NCBI GenBank assembly: GCA_950097015.1
Contig: CATNEN010000003.1
Span: 14,136,001 to 14,200,000, forward strand
DNA: 64,000 nucleotides
Direction of reading: 5' to 3'
DNA from: Macrostomum hystrix
Taxonomy: Eukaryota; Animalia; Platyhelminthes
Shown here in pieces: positions 27,932-39,400 of the stretch (positions are counted from its first letter, which is position 1; every line of letters starts with the position of its first letter). A program made the translations under genes and the position numbers. The notes beneath the pieces were generated by a model. The model saw only the letters and a program-made list of their open reading frames with translations. It had not been told where the DNA came from and did not search any database.

Positions 27932-28499
27932 ATGTGCTTAGAAACCAAAAGTATTCATATTTTAGTAGAATAATTTCATGAAAACCTTTAGCCTGCAATC
28001 AAATTATTGTTGTGCAATTGCTGAAACACGAACCCTGGATCCGAAACCGTCGGAGCGACCATGAGACACCCGGGTCTGGGTCTGGTCGTAAATAATGCAG
28101 CCAGCGAATATCAGTCATCTGGCTAGGCGACAGTTGAACAACGCGAATGTCTTGTCCCAGGCTGCCATTAGCTGGATAATTTCATTTCAGTTAATGTTGG
28201 TTTGTGTGAAATGTATGCACAACACGATCATTCTTTCATGCGATCCGGGAGACAGGCAAGTCACTGACTGGGACCTGGATTGGACACTCCAGATTCTGAT
28301 CCTATAGTCTAATTCTAGGCCAATGTTCAGAGCAAGCAGTTCGTGAGTCCTAAGAATCAACTGAGTATTTATTTCTGGCTCATTGTTCCGATCTTAGAGT
28401 TGCGATGTTTTTTTTGCCGAATCACTAGACCTACGCTTAGTGTGCAGTCTGAATACGTCTGTTATCCTTCTTTATCCTGTTATCCAGTCCCCTCCAGTA

Positions 28500-29077
28500 C
28501 TCTCCTCTCCTCTCCTCTCCTCTCCTCTCCTCTCCTCTCCTCTCCTCTCCTCTCCTCTCATTTCTTCTTCTCTCCTCTCCTTGCCTCTCCTCTCCTTTCC
28601 TCTCCTCTCCTCTCCTATCCTCTCCTCTCCTCTCCTCTCCTTTCCTCTCCTCTCCTCTCCTCTCCTTTCCTCTCCTCTCCTCTCCTCTCCTCTCCTCTCC
28701 TCTCATCTCCTCTCCTCTCCTCTCCTCTCATCTCCTCTCCTCTCCTTGCCTCTCATTTCTTCTTCTCTCCTCTCCTCTCCTCTCCTCTCCTTGCCTCTCC
28801 TCTCCTCTCCTTTCCTCTCCTCTCCTCTCCTCTCCTCTCCTCTCCTTTCCTCTCCTCTCCTCTCCTCTCCTCTCCTCTCCTCTCCTCTCCTCTCCTCTCC
28901 TTGCCTCTCCTCTCCTTTCCTCTCCTCTCCTCTCCTCTCCTCTCCTCTCCTCTCATCTCCTCTCCTCTCCTCTCCTCTCCTTTCCTTTCCTCTCCTCTCC
29001 TCTCCTCTCCTCTCCTCTCCTCTCCTCTCCTCTCCTCTCCTCTCCTCTCCTCTCCTCTCCTCTCCTCTCCTCTCCTC
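28500..29077 (+). repeat. (TCTCC)n microsatellite
   Basis: Direct reading. Confidence 0.97.
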
Positions 29078-29394
29078 GGCTCTAATTTCAATTTCACTAT
29101 AAACAGCGCAAAAGTGCATTGACGCGCTCCGCCAAAGAACGCCTGTATCTAGGCTAAGAAATTATTCTAAAAGATAGCTGTAACTGTTTCTTTTTCTTCC
29201 GGTCAAGCGTGTCAAGGGTTAAAAGTGGAAGAGACCACTAAGCTTACTGAGTACGAGTCCGCTACAACAGACAGAGTAATTATGCAGATTAGAAAGCTGT
29301 CAAATAAATTGCAAAAAAGTCTCTTTATGCGATTTGGGTTCCTCAAGGCTTGAGCTTTTGCCGATTCTAAAATCCCGACTGCGAGTGAAAGGGA

Positions 29395-29395
29395 A

Positions 29396-29458
<63 letters not shown>

Positions 29459-29485
29459 CAGTGACAGTGAGAATGAGAGTGAGAT

Positions 29486-29543
<58 letters not shown>

Positions 29544-29573
29544 TGAGAATGAGAATGAGAATGAGAGTGAGAT

Positions 29574-29631
<58 letters not shown>

Positions 29632-29719
29632 TGAGAATGAGAATGAGAATGAGAGTGAGAGTGAGAGTGAGAGTGAGTGAGAATGAGAATGAGAGTGAGA
29701 TTGAGAGTGAGAGTGAGAG

Positions 29720-29761
<42 letters not shown>

Positions 29762-29762
29762 C

Positions 29763-29800
<38 letters not shown>

Positions 29801-29813
29801 ATGAGAGTGAGAT

Positions 29814-29846
<33 letters not shown>

Positions 29847-29962
29847 CAGTGAGAATGAGAGTGAGAGTGAGATTGAGAGTGAGAGTGAGAGTGAGTGAGA
29901 TTGCGAGTGAGAGTGAGTGTGTGAGAGCGAGAGTGAGAGCGAGAGTGAGAGTGAGAGTGAGA
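29395..29962 (+). repeat. (GAGAGT)n microsatellite
   Basis: Direct reading. Confidence 0.97.
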
Positions 29963-30796
29963 GGTCCAGTAATTTTCTTGGATAATAAACGTCTAGAAAT
30001 TTTCTCCCAATCAAAATTTGTCCCGTAGCGATAGGGAAGTCAAGACAGACCGAATGTAATCAGTGCAGACGAAACCGACTTATCCTTCCTGGCACTATTC
30101 CTCACTAATCTGCCCCTAGTGGAAGGCGGGTTTTCGGTTATTTCAAAGTGCTTTCTTGTAGATTTCTGGCCCTGTTTTGGGTATAAGGCTTTGCCGTTGC
30201 TTTAACGGACAATGTCCAGAGATTTAGCAGCTAGATATAATCCGATGGAGCCGACAGCTTCACCTGCAGCAAAGGTGTTGCACTTACAAGGCTCTGCTTC
30301 TGCGGGGGGGGTTGGCTAACTGGTACATGGTTTTGTGCACGACTTAGCAGGGCCTGGACGCACCGCATTTTGGGGCTACCCATTTCTGGTTCCTCTTTTT
30401 CCGGGGTCAAGACGTCTAGGCTCTGTTCCTCAATAGGAGGAACAGACGAGACACACACACACAGTTAGGGATAAAAATCCCTAACTTTATATACGAATGC
30501 GGCATATATAATCGTTAGGTAAAACTCTGGTGCTAGTTTGTAAGGTCGGCTTGTAAGTAGATTTTTTTCTACAAGCTAAACCATCGATCTCGACATAAAC
30601 GGCGCCCCAGATTTTATCCACGTCATAGAATCGTAGATTATCGACTTCCGTTTTTATCGCCGGATAACGAGGCTTCGAAAAGTTATTCAATAAAAATATT
30701 GAACAATCTCTCCGTGCCTATAATGCCACTTTGCACCTTTAAAGATATCCATTAAAATCTTCTTCGAGGGGATTTTTTTGCTTCCGAACAGAGACG

Positions 30797-30801
30797 CACT
30801 T

Positions 30802-30838
<37 letters not shown>

Positions 30839-31415
30839 CACTTGATCGTTAAGCTATATTGTGGAAGTAACGATTTTGTGGAATTAAAGATTTTGTGGAA
30901 TTAACGATATTATGGAATTAACGTTTTTGTGGAATTAACGATATTGTGGAATTAACGATATCGTGGAATTAGCGATATTTTGGAATTAACGATATTGTGC
31001 AAGAAACGATATTTTGGAATTGACGATATCGTGGAATCAAATGATATTGTGTTATTAACGATATTGTGGAATTAACGTTTTTGTGGAATTAACGATATTG
31101 TAGAATTAACGATATTGTGGAATTACCGATATTGGGGAATTAACGATATCGTGGAATTAGCGATATTTTGGAATTAACGATATTGTCCAAGAAACGATAT
31201 TATGGAATTGACGATATCGTGGAATAAAAGCTATTGTGTTATTAACGATATTGTGGAATTAACGATATTGTTGAATTAACGATTTTGTGGAATTAACGAT
31301 TTTGTGGAATTAACGATATTGTGGAATTAACGATATTGTTGAATTAATGATATTGTACAATTAAAGATATTTTGAAATTAACTTGTGTGTAGTTAACATA
31401 TTAAGGAATTAACGA
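30797..31415 (+). repeat. (TTTCAC)n followed by 17-bp AACGATATTGTGGAATT minisatellite
   Basis: Direct reading. Confidence 0.92.
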
Positions 31416-31937
31416 TGATCACGAAAAAAGATTTTCGGAAATTAACGATTTAACAAATCTACAAATGACGACATCGAAGAATAAATTTTTCAATAAACAG
31501 GGCTGTAAATTTTCTGCACCGCCTTGCCGGATTTCAGAATCGTAAAATACACTTTAGCAGAACACTAGAAAACTGTCAATTTTCTCTTAGTGCATTAGAA
31601 TTAATTTTCTTTCTAGAAACAAAAAACCTGTGAAATTTAACTAATCCGCTTCTCAAATTTCATCACAAACATTTTCCCAGCACTCGACAAAATTGAAGCA
31701 ACTGGTGACTTTTTTTAATCAACTTAGCAACTAGACTGACAGCCAATTGCTTGTCTCCAAAGCAAAATGCTAATTTATTCTGCTCGATAAGAGATCAATT
31801 GAGACCCAACTGATTAAGAAATCCCAAGACAGATAAAAATACTCGTAGAAGTCTATGGCCGATGCTGCAAGCTGAATTATGAATTTTTGTCCGCTCGCTG
31901 ACTAATGTAAGGAACCCGATGAGTCAACTACTGACAG

Positions 31938-32510
31938 CTCCTAAAATGTCTACTGACCCTCCAAAATGTCTACTGACCCTCCTCAAATATCTACTCATCC
32001 TCCAAAATGTCTACTGACCCTCCTCAAATATCTACTCATCCTCCAAAATGTCTACTGACCCTCCTCAAATATCTACTCATCCTCCAAAATGTCTACTGAC
32101 CCTCCTCAAATATCTACTCATCCTCCAAAATGTCTAATCATCCTCCAAAATGTCTACTCAGCCTCCAAAATGTCTACTGACCCTCCAAAATGTCTACTGA
32201 CCCTCCTCAAATATCTAATCATCCTCCAAAATGTCTACTGACCCTCCAAAATGTCTACTGACCCTTCTCAAATGTCCACTTACCCTCCACAATGTCAACT
32301 CACCTTCCTAAAATGTCCACTCACCCTCCAAAATGTCTACTCACCCTTATAAATGTCTATTCATCCACTTGAAATGTCCACTCACCCTCAAAAATGTCTA
32401 TTCATCATTCAAAATGTCTACTCACCCTCAAAAATGTCCACCCAACCTCCTAAAATGTCCACTCAGCCTCCTAAAATGTCTACCACCCTTTAAAATATCT
32501 ACTAACCCTG
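31938..32510 (+). repeat. 20-22-bp minisatellite CTCCAAAATGTCTACTGACC
   Basis: Direct reading; degenerates rightwards. Confidence 0.9.
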
Positions 32511-33140
32511 TCCTCTATGTCTATTAAGTGTCCCAGAGTGTCTACTGACTATTCATTAAAACCTATGAACCCAGTATCTGTTTAATCATCAGAATTATCT
32601 TTTGCTTTCCGCATTGCTAGCAAGGCACAGAAATATGATATCCATTTTGCTGAACAATGCTAATAAATAACCATCAGAGGAAAGAATGAAAATGAAAATT
32701 GGTTACATAAAATGTAACTACACAGTCAACTGGTCTGGTGTTTCATGTCAACCGCAACCTTCAATGTTCTATTAAACATGTTGACTGACTCAGTTTCCTA
32801 TTTAGGAATGAAACTGCATGAATTTGATCTAGCTTTATTATATAAAATCAGGCTTGTCTGTAATCGGTCTGAATATGCTACATTTTCTATAATGTTTGCC
32901 ATTGGCAAACTATCCGCATGCAAGAACCCAAGATTTAATTATTAGCTTAGAAAATCATGTTAATAATTAATCTAGAAGCTGAATAAGGATATTGAAACTA
33001 TATAGCAACTTCTACTTATTAGAGTTCCGCGTCGATTAAGTCTGTGTTTGCTCTGCATCTTAGATAAGGCTTGGAACAGCTGCAGGCGGTGAGCCAGTTC
33101 AGCTACAGCTCTAGAAATTCGACTGGCTATGACCTTGCCT

Positions 33141-33141
33141 G

Positions 33142-33210
<69 letters not shown>

Positions 33211-33287
33211 GTACCTACCTATCTACCTACCTATTTACCTATCTATCTACCTATCTATCTATCTATCTATCTATCTACCTATCTATC
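33141..33287 (+). repeat. (ATCT)n / (ACCT)n microsatellite
   Basis: Direct reading. Confidence 0.97.
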
Positions 33288-33374
33288 AATCTTTCCTTGA
33301 TTACCCTAGCCAATACGAGCTAATAGTAATAATAATAGACCTGCGGCCAGTGAGGAGGCAATTCTGCCCACTTC

Positions 33375-33592
33375 GCTGACTCTTGAGCACACACGCACAC
33401 AGATACTGTATGCAGGCACACGCTCACAAAGGTGTGTACATCTGCCCTGACTTTCTCATTGTCAGGCAGTGTACACTGCCACTGTGCCTTGGAGGTTGGC
33501 CGCCAAGGGCGTAAATTGTGCGACAAGCCCCTATATGAATGTGGCCTCGCCGCGGAATCGAACTCAGGGACCTTGGTGCGAGAGGCAGTTAT
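33375..33592 (-). mobile_element. tRNA-derived SINE (family 2)
   Basis: B box GAGTTCGATTCC on the minus strand near 33553-33565; body GTGTGTACATCTGCCCTGACTTTCTCATTGTCAGGCAGTGTACAC shared with 14212-14312. Confidence 0.6.
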
Positions 33593-36378
33593 TAATTAAG
33601 TTGACAAAGTTTTTGCCTCAGAACCTCCGAATCGATTGCAGTCCTAATCCCAGCTACTGTTATAGAAGGCAGGCAAAGTCTGCATGATTGCAGCGTCCTC
33701 GAGTGGCCCATCAGATGAACAAAAGAAAAAGAAGATAAATGACAGACTATAGCCTTCTTTTAGACAAGAGAAGACACATACGAAATTATTGGACCATTTT
33801 TTCTGGGATTTTACGCTTCTAAGTCCCGTTAATCTCCCTGGAGGTCTAGCCCAAGCGTGTGAGTTGCTCAAATCCTCTCAATCATGGTTTAAGCCATGAT
33901 TTCGGCTTGATGTTGACTGATGTTGTGAAGAATAAGAAAATTAAGTGCAAAATCCTTTCCGGGCATCGAGTAGAACCCGTTTTTTGAGACAGACAAGAAG
34001 TGACAATTCACAAAATGCGTCTAATATTGTGCCTTTGTTTATTTAACTCTTTGACAATTTCTCGATCTCAAGGTTGATGTGGCTAACCCGTTAGAATAAT
34101 ATGTAGTAATATAATAATGATGTTAGTATTTATGAATAAATATTCATTCGTGCAAAACTAGCGACTGTGATAACTGATAAGAATTCGTTTTAAGTACAAG
34201 CGGCGATAAGTGTTGAAAAATAATAGAATACGGAAGCGGGAGCTAAACGGGGGTGGTTGCTATGGAAACGACTGAGACACAAGATCTGAAGCAAACGATA
34301 GGTAGCGTGTTTTAAGGAAATGCAAAGTTCGAAAATGAGACAGTGAAAGGGAACTGAACAAAATGTGACCCAAATTTAATAGCAATTAAATTCAATTCAG
34401 AACTGATTCAGTGCCTGAAAAGATGCATAGAGCCGGATAGAGATTACACAATAAAATAAAAGTGGTATTACAGAGCCACGAAAGAATTGACTAAAAAACT
34501 GACAGGACGCAGAAAAATGTAAATGCTGCTAAGAGTTATATAAAAAGGAAAAACATCAAAGATAAAACGACATAATTAAAAATCTTATTAGACCGTGCTA
34601 CGTACAAATTTAATACTCGACCCTGCTGGTTGTGCACTCGTTTTGAAGAACTTATTACTTAATAATAAATAAATCGGTTATTCATCCTTTTAAATTCCCT
34701 GCATAGCTATTATGAGACATACTTATATGTTATTTCTTATAACTTCATTAATTTTTTGTTAATTTTTAATTCTTTTTATTATTATTATAATTTTTAATAT
34801 TTTTTATTCAATTTCAAGTGTTTAGAGTGAATAGTATGTACTTTTATGTTCCCAACATTACAAATTTAAATTCGATGTCTTGTACAAAATAACAAAATTA
34901 AAGCGAAAGCAAAAATACTAAATAATGTAGCAATAATGTTATAGCAAAGTTTGCAGTAACAAGAAAAATAGTTTGCCTATATTTTTGTTTGTATTAAGTT
35001 GTGAATGGTTTGATTCAGTAATACAAAAAGCTAGCCATATGACTAATTCAATCGGCTAAATTTTCTAAGTTGTTTTTACAACTTTGAATTTCATTCTTTG
35101 GAGTCCCAGTGGCTTAGAAATGAATTAGATGCCCTGAGTTTTCTTATGTTATTTTAGCAAATGCTTGAAGCTGCTTAGCAAAAACGAGAGTTTATTGATA
35201 AGATGGGCTGATTGTGAATTTAGCACAAGTTATTGAACTAAAAAAGTGACAGGCTTCTATTATTACGCTTTATATTCTTAGTAAAACTGCTTTCTTCAAA
35301 CACTACTGTATACGCTGGTACTTTCGCGTTGAGATTAGAGGTAGAAAACAAAAGTTTCGATTGGATCTGGGCGCGAACGATTGGACAAAAAAGTGATAAA
35401 AATTTTATTTCTTTCTAAATAAAAATTGTGAGCCGATAAAGTACTGCGTAGAAATAATAGCGGTCAAAAACAAATGATTGAATCGCAGTTGAAGGATGGC
35501 TCTGCGACAATTCAAATATAGCAAGCAGAAGTAAGCACGGAGTTAAGTACAATATTAATTCATCAGTCTATATTACAAAAATTGCCCTAATGAGGTAACA
35601 CGGGTGTTGCTGAGGATTTTCGATTTCAGGATGTTTTTGCAATTTTCATAGCTAAACGCAACGGGTATTTCCGGTGTTTTTCGCGCTTTGTTTTACGCAA
35701 AGCCTCACAGCGATTGTGAGCTCGCATGTACAAATCAGCATTCAAAGAAATGTTAATTGACCTCTAAAATCACTTTCCTAAAACTTAGACCACAGCTCGC
35801 AATGACAATCAAGCGATTTTGCAAAGTTTGAAAAATTACCGAGCGAAAAGCACATGCAGACAATGACACTGCTAGTGCATATTATCATCTCGAAAGTTTC
35901 GAGTTGTAGGCAAAGTAGAGCAAAATAAGAAAATAATAGTGCAATTATTTGCAGTCAAATATGATGAACTTGTTACTCATAACTTATTTACCGGTTAGAC
36001 TTGTTGGGAGAGAGGCAGAGATGGAAAATGGGCGATGAGGCGCTATGATCGAGACATATAATTTAAGTACACATTTAGAAGTGGAACTATATAATTATCA
36101 GAATACCGTCCGTAACTTTTGCACTTTCACATCTAGATTTTGAATTTTAAATGCCTTTAAGTCGTATAGGTACTTTTTAAAGTGTACTTTTGTTGCAAAA
36201 GTACGCATTTAGAGTGGCTTGAATACTTTCATAGTACATTTTGTGGGCTTCTAAAATGTGTTTAGATGGTGCATTCTCTTTACATTTTTACAGATTTACA
36301 AAGAATTTGCAGCACTTTGCTAAATATCTGTGGTAGAGATATTTGACTAGTTCAGGACATTTCGAGCTTCGCGTCTAT

Positions 36379-36448
36379 TCACACCTGTCCTCGACCAGGA
36401 GGGAAAATATGGAACAGCAGATTTGCATCAATGCGCCAGTCTGCTGCA
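36379..36448 (-). CDS. Putative FGF terminal exon after a 37-nt intron
   Basis: Intron gtacgc...ttctattttcatttgcag (36485-36449). The spliced frame reads N-AADWRIDANLLFHIFPPGRGQV-stop. Confidence 0.5.
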
Positions 36449-39400
36449 CTGCAAATGAAAATAGAACAACGGAAAATTCGCGTACTTCCTGCGCAACTCT
36501 TCGAACTCGACCCTGGACACTAGGCTGTGTCGTTGGTTCGAGCCCCGTCCGTGTCTGACCAATGAGCGTTTACTGTCGTCTTCCGAGTCGAATTCGGCCT
36601 CAGTCTCAGTCGATGTGAAAATCTTGCCAGGCGTTCGTTCGCTATTCAGCAGCAGGATGAATTCGGCCGCATCTCTGGTCTCCAGGTGGTGCAGCTTCTC
36701 TCGCCGGTAGGCCGGTCGGAGCTGCGAGTCCATGGCGTTGACCGCTTCGCTTGCCAGCGAGGCCAGGGCTTGCTTCTTGACGCGGCGCCAGAGGCGAGCC
36801 TCCTGGATGGAGCGCATCGACGGCAGGGAGACGTTGAGCACCGTGCGAAACAGGTCGAGAATCTGAGGCTGCGGTGGATGCAGTGAGAAAAGGTTTTTTG
36901 GACTATTGCAGAGAGTTTATAGCTCTTATCTGATCATACCCCAAGGCTAAGCATTGCTTTACTAATTTCCTAATCTCGCCCGCGCGTAAGACGAGTAGAC
37001 ATGTACTTTTGTAGCTCGTATCAAATATTGATTTTCCAGTTCAGACGGCTTCAGAGGCTCCATGTGGCTGATGCACTTCTCGTATCTCACTGCGGTCACT
37101 GTACTCGTATCATTGCACCATGAATCTAGGCCCGTCCTGTTCAATTATAATATGTCCGGTAGCAAACAACACTCCTGAGGTTCTTACCTGGCTTCCAGAC
37201 CTTCGACTGCCATGTCTCCTTCTCTGGCTGCCACTGCTGACGCCTCCGCCATCTTCAACGTCGCCGCCATTGTCGACTCGCACTCCCAGTTTCTTTCGAA
37301 AGAACTGTCGCAGCAGTCGCTGGTGCCTTCTGAAGCGCCTCTTGTGCGCTCGTACGCCGCTGGGTTTTCGCACTCGCCGGCAAAGACGCCTGGACTCGGA
37401 ACTCTTGATGAGGTTGGCTATCTCTACTGACTGGAAAGTCACCGCCAGCTCTTCGTGAACGCATCGGCCGCGATTGTACAGGAAATGATGAGTGACATCT
37501 CTTAGATAGCCTTTCAATGCTCGCTCGCCAGATCTAATGTCACTCTCAGAAACACCCGCCTGCTCAGCCCGCCTTCTCAGAGCTTTACGGAGGTTTCCCA
37601 GCTGGCTCATCACACCTGATATTCTCTGCTTCCGCTCTCTAGTTAGCGACTCAATCATGGCCTTGGCTCTACTGCAGTCCTCTGTAGCGAACTGATTCGC
37701 CACATGGTTGTTAGCTGACTGCGCTAGCGAGCTGTTGGACAGCTTCACCGGTTTGTCGCCAATCTGAACTAACTGCGAGTCCGCCGCGCCAGATGCACCA
37801 GTCTTATTGGCGTTGATCACGTCATGTAGCTGCTGCTGCAAATCATGCGAGGGTTGATATGCGTAGGCCGAGAACTGTACTCGCCGCGAGCTGCCTTTGA
37901 GTTCGCCGCCTCTGGCTGGCCGATAGTCGCTCGGTCGGAAGCCCAGGTACCAGCGGGTACGAGCTGTGCTATTGTCATGCGACTCCGGATAGAAGGCTTG
38001 GTAGAAGACCACCTTCTGGTGTATGCTCATTCCGGGAGAGATCATCGGCAGAATCAAGCCGCGCCAGAGACAGTCCTCTGGAAGTTTGCCGTTGTCCTTC
38101 ACCTGGCATTGTGAGAAATTCAGACAACTTATTCGTTGTAAAATTTGCTTGTGATGAAACTGGTTCATGATGAAACTGGTTCATGATGAAATTGGTTCAT
38201 GATGAAACTGGTTCATGATGAAACTGGCTCATGATGAAACTGGTTCATGATGAAATTGGTTCATGATGAAACTGGTTCATGATGAAACTGGTTCATGATG
38301 AAATTGGTTCATGATGAAACTGGCTCATGATGAAACTGGTTCATGATGAAATTGGTTCATGATGAAATTGGTTCATGATGAAATTGGTTCATGATGAAAC
38401 TAAAACTCATGAACTCAATAACTAAGAATTGTAGAACATGGTTTATGTTTCAAACGACAATGATTAATTGGATCGTGAAGCTGAGATCTGACAGAAGTTC
38501 GAAGGTCTGCTGAAACTGCACAGTTTTCTCACCACTGTGTGCACGAGTCCCTGCGAGTTCATGCAGATGTAGCGGTGGTTAAAGTGACCGCGTATCAGAA
38601 ACTTGTACTCGTTAGCTGGCGGCCTTATCACGGAGTCTATCGGCAAGTTCAGTCGCTGATGAGTTACTGGATCTAGCACCTGGTAGATGTCCATTGCTGC
38701 AATTGAAGGTCAAATCTAGTTTCAGTACATCGTGCGCTTTTCGTGAATGTAAAAGCAGAAAATGTGGATTCTAACGGTTGCTTAGTGACTGGGATAAGAC
38801 CAGATTCATTATGCAACTGCCAAGTAACCAGCGAGACCCCTTCTTGGCACACCAAACGGGAAAATACTTACCAACTGAGGTAGCAGTGATTGATTAACAT
38901 AGGAAAAGCCTAGCGCTGATAGAAATATAGAGATAGATGAGTTTCATGTGGAATTGGACCTAATATTATTAGAAAAGAAAGTCGCTTTTCAGAACCACAA
39001 TGTTCTCCTCTTGTATATGTTCTAGATGTCATTGTTTGAATTATTTGCGCACAGTAATAAATTGGAGGCTATGGAGTCAACCTTTTTCTCCTCACTGGCA
39101 GCAGTCCAAACCGAAAGATTAAGTGTAGGAAAAGTAGAACTCCAAGAAAACAGAAATGAAAGGTGTGTTAGTTACCGCCGAAGTGTAATTTGAACCGCAT
39201 TTCCATGGCTTTTCATAGAGAAAGTGGGTAGGTGGAAATACTGCGACTGTGAGAATTGGTTTATTAACTAGTATAGTTAGCTTCCAGTGTGTTCATCCAG
39301 CAGTTCAGGGATCCGCTACATACGCCCACGCATTCTATGTTCACTGGAAAACAAAAACGAATGATCCCTAAATTAGCAGAGTCTTTCTTTGTTTTGTCTT

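Noticed and set aside
25710-27981. Three 700+ aa ORFs; regular array superficially like CRISPR
   Set aside because: It is a contiguous 19-bp tandem repeat with no unique spacers and no cas genes; the ORFs are artefacts.
23807-29122. Low-complexity ORFs (Q/T/D/R-rich, REGS-rich, SSPLL-rich)
   Set aside because: All coincide with simple repeats.
31905-31945. Hammerhead-like CCGATGAGTC...GAC
   Set aside because: It lacks the CTGATGA and GAAA core and the flanking stems.
37120-38114. Plus-strand ORFs antisense to FGF exon 3
   Set aside because: These are shadow ORFs of a GC-rich coding exon with no independent signal.
38673-38855. ORF with VTWQLHNESG, reminiscent of FGF8 RTYQLYSRTSG, as an alternative upstream exon
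   Set aside because: There is an in-frame TAA just upstream, no convincing acceptor or ATG, and it would need a 32-nt intron with a weak donor (gtactg). The exon at 51450 supplies a signal peptide and the correct phase.
39176-39343. Minus-strand segment with a good acceptor (ttttgttttccag) and donor (gtaact) in intron 1
   Set aside because: There are stop codons in all three frames; not a coding exon, and I have no evidence for a poison exon.
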